Assembly: GCA_964016885.1 (NCBI GenBank)
Contig: OZ024761.1
Span: 23,188,001 to 23,252,000, forward strand
Length of the DNA: 64,000 nt
Origin: Eledone cirrhosa
Taxonomy: Eukaryota
Reading direction: 5' to 3'
The position numbers and the translations under genes are program-made. Numbering within the stretch: position 1 is the first letter of the stretch; each line of letters begins with the position of its first letter. Positions 30,450-45,027 of the stretch are shown in pieces. Under the pieces are notes generated by a model. It saw nothing but the letters and a program-made list of their open reading frames with translations, was not told where the DNA came from and made no database searches.

Positions 30450-31444
30450 TATACATACAGACATATCTGCGCTTGTGTGGGGTTTGCGTGTGTATGTGTT
30501 TGAAACTAAGACCGCGTTCCAAAAAATCAAACAACTCCAAGCCAAACACATACTCTCCCTGAGCTCAAGCCAGCTTAAACCCTAGCCCCGTCGTACATAC
30601 AAGTACCATGCAAGTCACAAATTAAATTCAAAATCCTGCCATAGCACTCCCCCCCCCCCCCAAAAAAAAAGCAGGAGCCATTTTGCTCCAGTTAGTGGTA
30701 TGGTGATTGACGAACGTCATCAGGATACAGCCGTTGTGTTATCTCGTTTCTGTCACATCAACCACAATTAGTACATCGGTTAATTGTCTTCTGGAGATAA
30801 ATGACAATACGAGACGATGATATATAATTTGAAGTGGATGGATGTCTACAGCCTGTAAAACATTGCGTTATATTTCCTACTACAATCTCCACATCACGGA
30901 AAAACGATATGCAAATGTTAAGTTTAAATGAAATAATACACAGACATCTTTTACTAACCAAATGACTGCAGCGCTGGTAATTATATTTTCCAGATAACTA
31001 ACATTTAAAAGCTTGAATGTCACAAATAATCGCAACAAAATTAATTTGAATTTCTCAAGTTAAAATGTCTGCTCAATATCCTTAGATGACTAAATTAAAA
31101 TTGTGATATTTACTAATACACACAAGCTCAATCGTGTGTATGATTGGCATAGTGCAAAATTAATTAAAACCGCTCCGTCAACCCTAGTCATAACATCACA
31201 CGTAGGCGTCTGAATGAAAGACTTGCTCTATATAGAATATCAGAGAATTCTTTCTGTTTTTATTTTTTAATTTTATTTTATTTTATCAGACACCAACTTG
31301 AGAAAATTCTTTCTTACTTTTATTATCAAATTTATTCTTATCTTAGATTTACACGAATGTAAAAGTTCAGCTCTCGTGTTTTATTTTTAAGAAAACAAAA
31401 GCAACAACAACAAAAACAAACAAACATGGCTTCCTAATAATTTA

Positions 31445-31910
31445 TAATTTATGCACAAGGCCAGCAGTTATAGGAAGGGGTGGAGGGTGGGGAAAGTCGA
31501 TAATTTCGACAACAGTATTTTACTGGTATTTTATATTGATCACAGAAGGATAAAAGGCAAAAAATTAACTGTTGCGGGATTTGAACATAGGACGTAAATG
31601 CTACAAACGCTATAACGATTCTGCCAAGAGGGCGCCCTCAACATTGCATAATAATAATAATAATTGTTTCTACTTTTGGCACAAGGCCAGCAATTATCCC
31701 AGTGTATTACTGGTACTTTATTTTATCGACCCCGTAAGGATGAAAGGCAAAGTTAACCTCGGCGTTTCTGATTTAGGCACAATGCCAACAATTTGTGGGG
31801 CTAGAGAAAATCGATTAAATTGACCCCATTGTATTACTGGTTCTTTATTTTATCCACCCACGTAAGGATGAAAGGCAAAGCTAACCTCGGCGGGATTTGA
31901 ACTCAGAACT
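31445..31910 (-). mobile_element. Cluster of three family A SINE copies
   Basis: Same motifs as 24495-24950. Confidence 0.8.
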
Positions 31911-32850
31911 ATATAGAGACTTAGAAAACTACAGTTACTATATAGACATAGGCAGATAGAGTTACTATATAGACATAAGCAGATAGAGTACTATATAGAC
32001 ATAGGCAGATAGAGTTACTATATAGACATAGGCAGATAGTCACTATATAACTATATAGACATAGGCAGATAGTTACTATATAGACATAGGCAGATAGAGT
32101 TACTATATAGACATAGGCAGATAGAGTTACTATATAGACATAGGCAGATAGTATTACTATATAGACATAGCCAGATAGTTACTATCATATATAGACATGG
32201 GAAGATACATCTGTCATTTATAGACATGGGAAGATACATCTGTCATTTATAGACATGGGAAGATACATCTGTCATTTATAGACATGGGAAGATACATCTG
32301 TCATTTATAGACATGGGAAGATACATCTGTCATTTATAGACATGGGAAGATACATCTGTCATTTATAGATATGGGAAGATACATCTGTCATATATAGACA
32401 GAGAAAGATACAGCTATACTATATATAGACATAGGAAGATACAGCTATACTATATATAGATATAGGAAGATACAGCTATACTATATAGACATGGAAAGAT
32501 ACAGCTATACTATATAGACATAGAAAGACACAGCTATACTATATAGACATAGGAAGATACATCTATACTATATAAAGACATAGATAGCTACAGTTACTAT
32601 ATAAAGACTTAGGAAGATACAGCTATATTATAGAGAGACATAGGAAGATACAGCTATATTATAGAGAGACATACATAGTTACAGTTACTATATAAAGACA
32701 TAGAATGCTATAACTATAGTATAAAGACATAGATAGCTACAGTTATACTATATATATAGACATAGAAGCCTACAATTATAGTATATAAAGACATAGATAG
32801 TTAGAGTTACTATATAGACATAGCTACAGTCATTATATAAAGACACAGTT
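31905..32850. repeat. ~27-32-bp minisatellite with successive variant blocks
   Basis: Units built on TATAGACAT(A/G)GG; blocks ending GCAGATAGAGTTAC, then GAAGATACATCTGTCATT, then GAAGATACAGCTATAC. Confidence 0.9.
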
Positions 32851-33747
32851 AACTTCAACTACACTCTCTAGACTTTAACTTGCAAATATTTACATTAATG
32901 GAATCATATTATTATATGATTTCTCTTAGTTTACTAAATCTAATATATATAATATTATCAACTAACCCGATCGTATGTCTTGTGTTTTTCTGATTCTCGG
33001 GAGACACAAGGCAAAACGATTTACAACAAATTTTGTTTGGAACACTTCCAAAAACTTCCCGAACCATTTTACGGATTTCTTCATTTTTACTTATTTATTA
33101 TTTATTTTTATATTATTTACAATTCTTTAGAGTATTTTTCTTTTCATATTTGTTTGTATTTTTAGTTTTCTTTCTTTCAATTTTTTTTTCATTTTTTTAA
33201 TAAAAAAGAAAATTAAATTAAAAAGAAATTGTAAAAAAAAAAATGTTTGTAAAAAATTTGAAAAAGCGGGAAAAAAAAAAAACCCAGAAAGAAAGAAATG
33301 TCTTTTTCCTAATATTTACAGAACACAATTAAAATCTGGTGCGGCTAAAACACACATATATATGCAAACAAAATACAAATAAATCGGTTGACTTAAGAAA
33401 CATTGTGGGAATTTGAAATTTGAAATGTAGTCGCTCGAATTTATGTACCTATAATAAAAGATAAGTAGCATAGATAACGGTTGAGAAAATTGCTTAAGGT
33501 ACTTCAAGAGTTCAAATCCCAGAGAGGCCAACTTTGCCTTTCAACCTTTCGAGGTCGATAATAAAAGTACCAGTTTTGTACTGGGGTCGATTCTCCCTTT
33601 CTCTGGAAGAAATCTGCTATACTCAGGCCTGGAGAAGGATGGGCTCCACCAGGCTTAAAATGGCCAAGAAACGCTGTATGTCAATACGGCGCCCCTACGA
33701 CTCTATCATACATACATACATACATAAATACATACCTACATACATAC

Positions 33748-34355
33748 ATGGTGGCTGCCAACTCGTTTTCGAGTACGGCCACTACTTTATATCCATGTAG
33801 GAGAACCCCTACCGATGCGCTGAACGAGTGTGACTTTTTAGTCCAGCCAGCGACTTGAAAACTCTGGTACAAACACTACACTTGTGACAATTATTGACAC
33901 ATGGTGCTGGGCCCATCGTACCATGTGACAAGTGCAGAGAGATCTCCAGATATAAAGCAATGCCTGTGCCGTGAAGCTTTTATAGTGAGCAAAGGCACTG
34001 CACAAAGCCAGTCCCACTCTCTTAACCAAGATGATATTTACCAAAAAGAAGAACAAGTCAACATCATTGGATACCATCAGGGTTGCAGGTGTTATATCAG
34101 AGTTTTCCTTCTCCTAGAATTCTGCCTTGACAAAGGCTAAGGGGTCATCTCTCCCAGTGATTTTGGATGGCCATTGACTCTTAAGAGCTCCTTTGGCCTT
34201 TGACAGGTTTTGTTTTTAGTCCTGCAGGATGTCCAAAGTCACCCTCCTCACCAAGAAACCTTGGTGGGGTTGCCAGTTTAGTCGCCAACGACCCGACCAT
34301 GGGACAGGTTGTATTGGGATACATGTTACCAGTAGTACCAACTGGTGACCTGACA
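33748..34355 (-). mobile_element. Non-coding retroposon, RTE-UTR-like, embedded in (TATG)n
   Basis: Near-identical inverted copy at 59495-59895 and related fragments at 39015-39200, 39355-39635, 57558-57735 and 59205-59440. Contains CTAGGAGAAGGAAAACTC; flanked by CATA/TATG repeats. Confidence 0.7.
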
Positions 34356-34449
34356 TACATACATACATACATACGTACATGAGAATCGCAGCATCATCAC
34401 AGACGATTGCTATCACTTATTGATTCTTCGTTATCCTATCTGCGTCCAT

Positions 34450-34782
34450 GACTTCATAGATGACTTTGTAGGCCAGCTCTAGATGTGCATGGTTTACAAC
34501 ACAGGTGACAGAAGAGATATGTGTGTGCTTCCCACAGGACCTGGTGGTGTCACCCTGTGGGACTTCATAGATGACTTTGTAGGCCAGCTGTAGATGTGCA
34601 TGGTTTACAACACAGGTGACAAAAGAGAGATGTGTGTGCTTCCCACAGGACCTGGTGGTGTCACCCTGTGGGACTTCATAGATGACTTTGTAGGCCAGCT
34701 GTAGATCTGCATGGTTTACGACACGGGTGACAGAAAAGAGTTAAGCTTTCCACAAGACCGGTGGGGGCCACCCTGTGGGACA
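34450..34782. repeat. 111-bp tandem repeat, 3 copies
   Basis: GACTTCATAGATGACTTTGTAGGCCAGCT at 34450, 34561 and 34672. Confidence 0.9.
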
Positions 34783-34867
34783 CATTACAACACATTTTTA
34801 TTTTATTTTATTTTATATTACGAAGATAAAGCATGGTCGCGTTGTAAAAACAAAAAAAACAACCTTT

Positions 34868-34934
34868 GTGCGGGCCGTAGGTCTGTTTTGTAAAGGGCCA
34901 CATGCGGATCGTGGGCAACATGTTTAACATGCCT
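34868..34934. mobile_element. hAT (Charlie-like) terminal fragment
   Basis: GGGCCACATGCGGATCGTGGGCAACATGTTTAACATGCCTG resembles hAT termini (CAGGCATGT(C/T)AAAC on the minus strand). Confidence 0.45.
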
Positions 34935-35410
34935 GGTCTAGAGAATACTCAGTCAATTACACGCAAAATTCCATGAACTGGCTCGAAAAACTGTTCGAGT
35001 ACTCGTGTAAACCGACTGAGGCCCATTCTATTTCATATATGAATGTTAGGATAAAGATAATAGTGTGAATAGAATGCTTATCTCGTTCACACGACAACGC
35101 TACACTACATCGCCTCGTCTCGCCTCACCACACTTACTGCAGATTAATATTGCTTTTCACCCAGCATCACAATTAAGATTGTTAAAGTTATCAGTTCCCC
35201 CACCCCCTCCTCTCCCTCCCTCCCTCCCTCCTCCTGATGCTACTACTACTACTACTAATACTACTACTACTACTACTAATACTACTACTACTAATACTAC
35301 TACTAATACTACTACTAATACTACTACTAATACTACTACTACTACTACTCATTGTTACCATCGTTATCATCATTTAGGATACCAGTATCATCACCTTAAT
35401 TACCATCACT

Positions 35411-35442
<32 letters not shown>

Positions 35443-35688
35443 CACTGTTGACATCCTCACCATCATTATTACTATCACCATCATCACCATTGTCATTACA
35501 ATCACCATTATCAATCATTCACTAATAGCCAGCAGCAGACATAACACACCGCGACCGCCACCACCGTCACCACCGTCACCACCACCACCGCCACCACAAT
35601 CACCACCACCACCACCGCCACCACAATCACCGTCACCACCACCACCACCACCACCACCACCGTCACCCACTAACATCATCATCATCAC

Positions 35689-36480
35689 AAGCCTAGGGGC
35701 CCAGAAGTGGATATCGGGTTTAGCGGGGCGAATGAGTGATTTGTCAGAGGCTTCCAATATATGTAGAAGCTTAGGGGCCTGGTCGTGCATATCGGGTTTA
35801 GCGGGGCGAATGATGGATTTGCCAGGCGTTTCCGATATACACAGAAGCTTAGGTGAAGCAGTCCCATATACCAGATCTAGCAGATGTAACAGATGAATGT
35901 GCAAGGAGCTCCTGATTTACGTAAAAGCCTTGGGGGAACCAGTCGTAGATACCAGATCTAGCGGGATGAAATGTGGATTTGCCAGGGATTTCTGATAAAT
36001 GTAGACGCTTAGGGGGGAGCAGTCGTAGATACCAGATGTAGGGTGGTGACAGATGTTTGTGCAAGGGGCTCCTGATATACGTGGAAGCCTCGGAGGACCA
36101 GTCGTAGTTACCAGATCTAGCGTGGGTGACAGATGCATGTGCACGGGGCTCCTGATTTAGGTGGGAGCCTCGGAGGACCATACGTATATATTAGATCTGG
36201 CTGGGGTGACAGATGTACAAAGGGCTTATGATCTATATGGAATCCTTGGTGGAACAGTTGTAGATACCAGATCTAGATATCAGATCTAGCGGAGGTGACA
36301 GATGTATGTGCACAGTCGTAGATACCAGATGTAGCATGGTAACAGATGTGCAAGGGGCTTCTCATATACGTAAAAGTCTTGGGGACCAGTCGTAGGTACC
36401 AGTCGTAGATACCAGATGTATCGGGGTATCAGATGTGCAAAGATCTTCTGATAATTGTAAAAGCCTAGAAGGGAGTCGTC
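35689..36480. repeat. Diverged ~80-bp tandem array, about 9-10 units
   Basis: An AAGC(C/T)T-like boundary recurs at 35689, 35767, 35845, 35925, 36005, 36085, 36165, 36241, 36374 and 36461. Confidence 0.85.
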
Positions 36481-36827
36481 TGGTTATGACTGTCAGCTGT
36501 AGTGTGGGGTGTTTGAAAGATTCGAAATTTTAGAAGAGGGGAGCCCTCAAATACCCGAAAGACTCAGGTTTGTCAATGGGATTTTACACCTGCCCTAATC
36601 TGCCATGCTTTCACTCATTAGCAGATACTCGGATTTTAATTAAAATGTCACTGTCAGATATTACAGTGGAATAAAAAAATAAAATTAAATATATATATTA
36701 AGAAGATAAGAACATAAAAAATAAAAGAAAAAGGAAAAATAGAAAAAAAGTGTTATTTTGTAGAAACGGGGGTTTAAGGTATTCTTGTCACATGACAACC
36801 TAATGGGAAATTACAATAATTTCACTT

Positions 36828-37582
36828 AATCATCATGATTATCAGCGCCGTCATCATCACCATCATCACCATCATCATCATCATCAGCATCATCAGCATC
36901 ACCATCATCATCAGCATATTCATCATCATCATCATCATCAACATCGCCATTACCACCATCATCATCATCATCATCATCATCATCTTCATCACACTTGTTA
37001 CCATCATCATCATCCCCCACCATCACCATTGTCAACATCACCACAACTTACACCTTCATCCCCACCCCCACCATTAGCATCATCACCCTCCTTATCATCG
37101 GCCTCATCGTCATTTTCATCACCATCACGGCCATCATCAACACCCCCCCAAAGCCCCCCCCCAAAGCCACCACTTCCATTGTCATCAACATCCTCATCAC
37201 AACCAATGCCTTCATCGCCACTTCACCATCACACCACCACCACCATAAAACCACCGCCACCATAACACCACCACCACCACCATAACACCACCACCACCAC
37301 AACACCACCACCACCATAACACCACCACCATACCACCACCACCACCATACCACCACCACCACCATACCACCACCACCACCACCATACCATCACCACCACC
37401 ACCATAACACCACCACCACCACCACCATAACACCACCACCACCATAACACCACCACCACCATAACACCACCACCACCATAACACCATAACACCGCCACCA
37501 CTATCACACCACCACCACCATAACACCAACACCACCACCATACCACCATAACCCCACCATAACACCACCACCACCATCACAT
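36828..37582. repeat. (CAT)n/(CAC)n trinucleotide tract
   Basis: Direct inspection. Confidence 0.9.
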
Positions 37583-37840
37583 AACTCTCAAAATTCATGA
37601 TTTATGAAAAACAAAACAAATCAATAAACTAGAAAACCCGTGCCCCCCCCCCCCCCCCTGTCCTCCCACCCCTCCTCCCCCCTCTCCTTCCTCGCACCCC
37701 TCCTCTCTCCCCCCTCTCGCCCTCTCTACCACCTCCATCTTATCCCCTTCTCCCCTCCCCTCTCCCTCCACACAATACTCTCCGATCGTGTATCTTATAG
37801 AAAATTTACGCTAGATCAGCGAATCATTAATTCCAACCAG

Positions 37841-38082
37841 GATTTCAAGACATTTTTTTGGTAGAAGAATCTAGAAATCTTTATTTGGAAGAGGTGAATG
37901 AAGAATGGTACAAATTAGAAGTTGGATTATTGAAAAATATGGCGAAAAACATTCGAAAGAAAGCTGAAAAAATGGCCGCTTGCAGAGTTTATAATCAACC
38001 CGGTATTGATTATAATATTTTAGTTAAGAGTAAACAGCAGTTTTCACGCCCTTCCTGTGTAAAGTTGTTGTTCTGTGTGTAA
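37841..38082 (+). CDS. Candidate orphan coding exon of an unidentified gene
   Basis: Non-repetitive open frame after a CCAG| acceptor: (G)FQDIFLVEESRNLYLEEVNEEWYKLEVGLLKNMAKNIRKKAEKMAACRVYNQPG...; protein-like helical composition; family not recognised. Confidence 0.45.
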
Positions 38083-38582
38083 ATATGTGTGTGTAAATGT
38101 GTGCGTGTGTGAGTGTGCGGAGAGGGTGTTTGAGAGAGTGTGTGTTTATGTTTGTGTGAATATATGTAGATATATATGTGTAAGAAAGAATAAAAATATA
38201 TATATATATGTAGGTAGACATATAGATATATATAAATGTGTATATATGTATATGTATATATATATGTATCTATATCTATCTATCTACCTTCATATCTATC
38301 TACATAAATATATATATATATATGTGTGTGTGTATGCATTTCTATATATGACTATGTAAGAACATGTGTATATATATGGACATATATACATATATATATA
38401 TATACACACACACACAGACACACACAGACACTCACAGACAGACAGACACTCACAGACACGCGCACGCGCACGCGCACGCGCACGCGCACGCACGCACACG
38501 CACGCACGCACGCACGCGCACGCGCACGCGCACGCGCACGCACGCGGGCACGCACACGCACGCACACGCACGCACGCACGCA

Positions 38583-38658
<76 letters not shown>

Positions 38659-38749
38659 TAATAAACCAGTATGTAATAAATAATGATACTTCGACAAATT
38701 TTTATTTCAAAATATTTTAGATTTATAGAAATTACCAGGAAATCAATTG

Positions 38750-38792
<43 letters not shown>

Positions 38793-39641
38793 CACATATA
38801 GGTATGTGTATATAGGTATGTATATATATGTATATGTATATATATATATGTATATATATGTGTATGTATATATATAGATACCTATATATATACATATCTA
38901 TATATATACATATCTATGTATATATATGTATGTATATATATAGATACCTATATATATACATATGTATATATATAGGTATTTATATATATATACAGGTATG
39001 TATATATATCTGCATGTCGGGTCACTCTTGAGTGCTACTGGTAACATGTAACCCAGTACAACCTGTCTCATGGTCGGGTCGTCGGCGACTAACCCGGAAA
39101 CCCCACCAAGTTTACTTGGTGAGGAGGGTGATTTTGGACACCCTGCAGGACAAAAAACAAAACCTGACAAAGGGCGGAAGAACTCATAAGAGTCAACAAC
39201 CATCCGAAAGTGTGTAAATTTGTATGTACACATGTAAATATGTATGTATATGTGTATATACATGGGTGCATGTGTATGTATATGCGCGGAGACATGGAAA
39301 TAGTCGGGCTGGACACCCGATTGCGCGGTTAAACCACCGGGAGTGAAGGACCCCTCGCCTTTGTCAGGGCCTTCTTCTAAGAGAAGATAACTCAGGAAAC
39401 TGGGATAACTCCGATATCATACCTGCGGCTCAGTATTTAGCGATGCTGATGATCTTTTCTTCTGTTCGGGTTATAGCTACTGTCGCTCAGAGAGTGGGAT
39501 TGGCTCAGTGCACAGTCTTTCCTCACTTTAAAAAATATCTTCACGCACAGGCATTGGACGATAGAATTAATTAATAATTACTAATAATGGTATATCGTGC
39601 AATGGCCATACTCGATAACGAGGGGGCAGCCATCATACAGG

Positions 39642-39683
<42 letters not shown>

Positions 39684-40179
39684 GTATATATAAATATATA
39701 TATATATATATATAAATATATATAATATATATATATATTAGGTATATATATATATATATTTATTAGGTATATATATATGTATATATATATAAATATATAT
39801 AATATATATATATATTAGGTATATATATATATTTATTAGGTATATATATATGTATATATATATAATATTAAATATATATATATATACATATATATAGTAT
39901 AAGAATAAAGGAACAAGGAATTAGTGTTGCACCATAACATGTTTAATAACATATTACATATGTTTCATTATCGATCAGGTCGCGGAACGATCTATTTTCA
40001 TATTTCTTTTTCTTCTTCTCCTTTTCTTCTCCTTCTCTTCTTCTACTCCTTCTTCTCCTTCTTCTCCTTTTTCTTTTTATTCCTCTTTCTTTTTCTTTTT
40101 TCTTTTTTCTTATTCTTTTTTCTTCTTATTCTTGATATTGTTGTTATTGTTATGATTGTTATTTACTGACTCCTCTTCT

Positions 40180-40810
40180 CTTATGATGGTGGTGATGCTG
40201 ATGTGATGGTGATATGATGGTTATGACGGTGATATGAGGATCGTGGTGATATGATGGTGATAGGATGATGACGATACTGATATGATGGTAATGATGATAA
40301 CGATATGATGATGATGTTGGTGATGATGATGATGTTGGTGATGATGATGATAATGATATGGTGATAAGGATATAATGCTGATGATGATACTGATAATATG
40401 AGGTTGATGATGATATGATGGGGATGGTGTTATGATGGTGACGGTGATATGGTGTCGGTGATGGGGATATGATGGTCATGATATGATGGTGATGGTGGGG
40501 GTGATGATGATGATGATGATGTGATGGTAATGGTGATGGTGATAGGATGGTGATGCCAATGATAGGATTGTGATGATGATATGATATGATGGTGATGGTG
40601 GTGATATGGTGATAATGATGGTGATCATGATGATGACATGGTGATGATGATGTGATGATATGGTGATAATGATGGTTATGATGGTGAATGTGACGATGGT
40701 GATGATGATGATGGTGACAATGACGATGGTGATGATGGTGCTAATGATGATAGTGACAATGATGATGATGATTGAATGTAACAATGGTGATGATGATGAT
40801 GATGATATCA
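40180..40810. repeat. (GAT/GGT)n degenerate tract
   Basis: Direct inspection. Confidence 0.9.
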
Positions 40811-41019
40811 GAATACCTGTTAAATGATCCAGAATCTCTGATGAGTCCCTTTACACAGTTGGTGTCAACACTATTGGTTAGTCGTCCGTGGTATATTATA
40901 TCGCTTTAGGGATGCTACTGGGGGTGGTGGTGGTGGTGGCAGTGTTAGTGGTGATGGTGATGGTGTTGGTGGTGGTGTTGGGGGTGATGGAGGTGGATTT
41001 GGTCGGCTAAGAGAGTGGT

Positions 41020-41208
41020 GTATATATATATATGTATGTATATGTATATGTATATATGTATATATATATGTATATATATGTACGTATGTGTATGTATATA
41101 TATGTGTATGTATATATATGTACGTATGTGTATGTGTATATATGTGTATGTATATATATGTGTATGTATATATATGTATGTATATGTATGCATATATATG
41201 TATGTGTA

Positions 41209-41245
<37 letters not shown>

Positions 41246-41872
41246 ATGTATGTATGTATGTATGTATGTATGTATGTATGTATGTATATATATGTATGTA
41301 TATATGTATGTGTATGTATATATGTATGTGTATGTATATATATGTATGTATATATGTATGTGTATGTATATATATATATATATATGTATGTATATATGTA
41401 TGTGTATGTATATATATATATGTATGTGTATGTATATATATATATATATATGTATGTATATATGTATGTGTATGTATATATATATGTATGTATGTATATA
41501 TATATATATATGTATGTATGTATATATATATATATGTATGTATGTATATATATATATATATGTATGTGTATGTATATATATATATATATATGTATGTATG
41601 TGTATGTATATATATATATATGTATGTGTATGTATATATATATATATGTATGTGTATGTATGTGTATGTATATATATGTATGTGTATGTATGTATATGTA
41701 TATATATATATATATATGTATGTGTATGTATGTATATGTATGTATATATATATATATGTATATATGTATGTGTATGTATGTATATGTATGTATATATATA
41801 TGTATGTATATGTATGTATATGTATGTATATGTATGTATATATATATGTATGTATATGTATGTATATGTATG

Positions 41873-41903
<31 letters not shown>

Positions 41904-43224
41904 ATGTATGTATATATATATATATGTATGTATATATATATATATATGTATGTGTATGTATATATATGTATGTGTATGTATATATATGTATGTGTATGTA
42001 TATATATATATATGTATGTGTATGTATATATATATATATGTATGTGTATGTATATATATATATATGTATGTGTATGTATATATATATATATGTGTATGTA
42101 TATATATATATATGTATGTGTATGTATATATATATATATGTATGTGTATGTATATATATATGTATGTGTATGTATATATATATATATGTATGTGTATGTA
42201 TATATATATATATGTATGTGTATGTATATATATATATATGTATGTGTATGTATATATATATATATGTATGTGTATGTATATATATATATATGTATGTGTA
42301 TGTATATATATATATATGTATGTGTATGTATATATATATATATGTATGTGTATGTATATATATATATATGTATGTGTATGTATATATATATATATGTATG
42401 TGTATGTATGTGTATGTATATATATGTATGTGTATGTATGTGTATGTATGTATGTATGTGTATGTATATATATGTATGTGTATGTATATATATATATGTA
42501 TGTATGTGTATGTATATATATATGTATGTATGTGTATGTATATATATATATGTATGTATGTGTATGTATATATATATATGTATGTATGTGTATGTATATA
42601 TATATATGTATGTATGTGTATGTATATATATATATGTATGTGTATGTATATATGTATGTGTATGTATATATGTATATATATATATATGTATGTGTATGTA
42701 TATATATATATATGTATGTGTATGTATATATATATATGTATGTATGTGTATGTATATATATATGTATGTATGTGTATGTATGTGTATGTATGTATATATG
42801 TATGTATGTATGTATATGTATATATATGTATGTATGTATGTATATGTATATGTATGTATGTATGTATATGTATATGTATATGTATGTATGTATGTATATG
42901 TATATATGTATGTATATGTATATATGTATGTATGTATATGTATATGTGTGTATGTATATGTATGTGTGTGTATGTATATATATATATATGTGTATCTGTG
43001 TATATATACATGTGTATATGTATATATATGTATGTATGTGTACATATATGTATGTGTATCTACCTATCTTCTCTCGCTCATACTTCTCTCCCTATTTCTC
43101 TCTCTGTATGTATGTATATATATATATATGTATATGTATGTATATATATGTATGTACGTATATATATATGTACGTATATATATATGTACGTATATATATA
43201 TATGTACGTATATATATATGTACG

Positions 43225-43255
<31 letters not shown>

Positions 43256-43282
43256 GTATATATATATATGTATATATGTACG

Positions 43283-43315
<33 letters not shown>

Positions 43316-43402
43316 GTATATATATATATATATGTACGTATATATATGTATATGTATGTATGTATATATATGTATGGATGTGTATGTATGTATACATATA
43401 AG

Positions 43403-43432
<30 letters not shown>
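41020..43432. repeat. Compound (TATG)n/(TA)n microsatellite
   Basis: Direct inspection. Confidence 0.97.
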
Positions 43433-43434
<2 letters not shown>

Positions 43435-43559
43435 ATGAACTAGGAATCAGTGTTACATCATATTACATATGTTTCCTCGTCGCTCAGCTCGAGGCAGGAT
43501 CTGCCACAGATCGAACCCTACTCTGCATTCAAATGATATTCAGATATACATATATAGAA

Positions 43560-43800
43560 AGATATTCCGTATAAAGTGTGCTAATACACTTTCCTGTATC
43601 GTGCTTCATCTTCCCGAGTTTAAACAGAGAAGCAGATTCACCAGACTCCTGGCCAGGTCTCATACGTTTACAGTTGAACTCCCTAAATATAATAGCAAAT
43701 TCTATTCTGATTGTTTCTTTACTCACATATCTCTCCAATGAAATTCTCTTCCCGTTTCTTGCTTTCCTGACCACTAACTACAATTTGTAAAAATCTAAAA
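43560..43800 (+). mobile_element. CR1/Jockey-like LINE 3' end fragment
   Basis: RFTRLLARSHTFTVELPK..FYSDCFF..*NSLPVSCFP..YNL matches the typical WNSLP..FP..YNL terminus. Confidence 0.6.
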
Positions 43801-43933
43801 GACCCTTCCCCCTCTCTCTATCCATAAATCTGTGTCTCTCTCTCTCTCTCGGAATTATGTTCTTTCAGACTTCTTTTTCCCTTCACAGCAAAATCTATAT
43901 TTTTAGTGGCTTTATTCTTTATTCCTTTGTAAA

Positions 43934-43977
<44 letters not shown>

Positions 43978-44132
43978 GTGTGTATGTATGTGTGTATGTA
44001 TATGTGTGTATATATATATGTGTGTGTGTGTATATATATATCTATATGTGTAAAAATGTGTATGTGTATATGTGTTTATGTATGTATGTATATATATATA
44101 TATGTATTTATATGTATATGTGTATATATATA

Positions 44133-44163
<31 letters not shown>

Positions 44164-44519
44164 GCATGTGTGTGTCTCTTTGTGTGTGTATACATACACA
44201 ACGATAGATAAGATAGAAATAGACATAAACAGATAGAGAACGATCATGGAAGAGAGATTGTAAGAAGCAGACGACCAAAAACAAGATGGTGGCGTGGTTG
44301 TGGATACAGAACCTTCAAGGATAAAATAAATACGAAACAAACAAAAAAAGACATATGAAAAACAATGGAAAAAATGTAAGAAAGCCATAGTGTAAAATGG
44401 CGGAACAAAAATGTGTGAGGAAACTTTAAACGATATTGTAACCTAACTAGATTCCCCTGAAGACGTCGTGGAGTAAATTGTACATATTGTTGAAGACACT
44501 TTTATTATAGACCACATAC

Positions 44520-44986
44520 ATATATATGACTCTCTGTGTGTATGTATGTATGTATATATATATATATGTGTATATATATGTGTATATATGTATATATATA
44601 TGTGTGTGTGTATATATGTATATATATATGTGTGTGTGTGTATATATGTATATATGTGTGTGTATATATATATATGTATATGTGTATATATATGTATATA
44701 TGTGTGTGTATATATGTGTGTGTATATATGTATATGTATGTATGTGTGTGTATATATGTGTGTATATATGTATATGTATGTATGTGTGTGTATATATATA
44801 TATATGTATGTATGTGTGTATATGTGTATATATATGTGTATGTGTATATATATGTGTGTGTGTATATGTGTGTATATATGTATATATGTGTGTATATATG
44901 TATATATATGTATATATGTGTGTGTGTATATATGTATATATATATGTGTGTGTGTATATATGTATATATATATATATGTGTGTGTA

Positions 44987-45027
<41 letters not shown>

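Noticed and set aside
30735-30800. Minus-strand RQLTDVLIVVD resembling a BTB domain start
   Set aside because: A stop follows within a few codons and there is no donor site.
35515-36181. 26-aa repeat protein on the minus strand (PKLL..IRPAKPD)
   Set aside because: Only two units are 78 bp; the others are 80 or 76 bp and shift frame.
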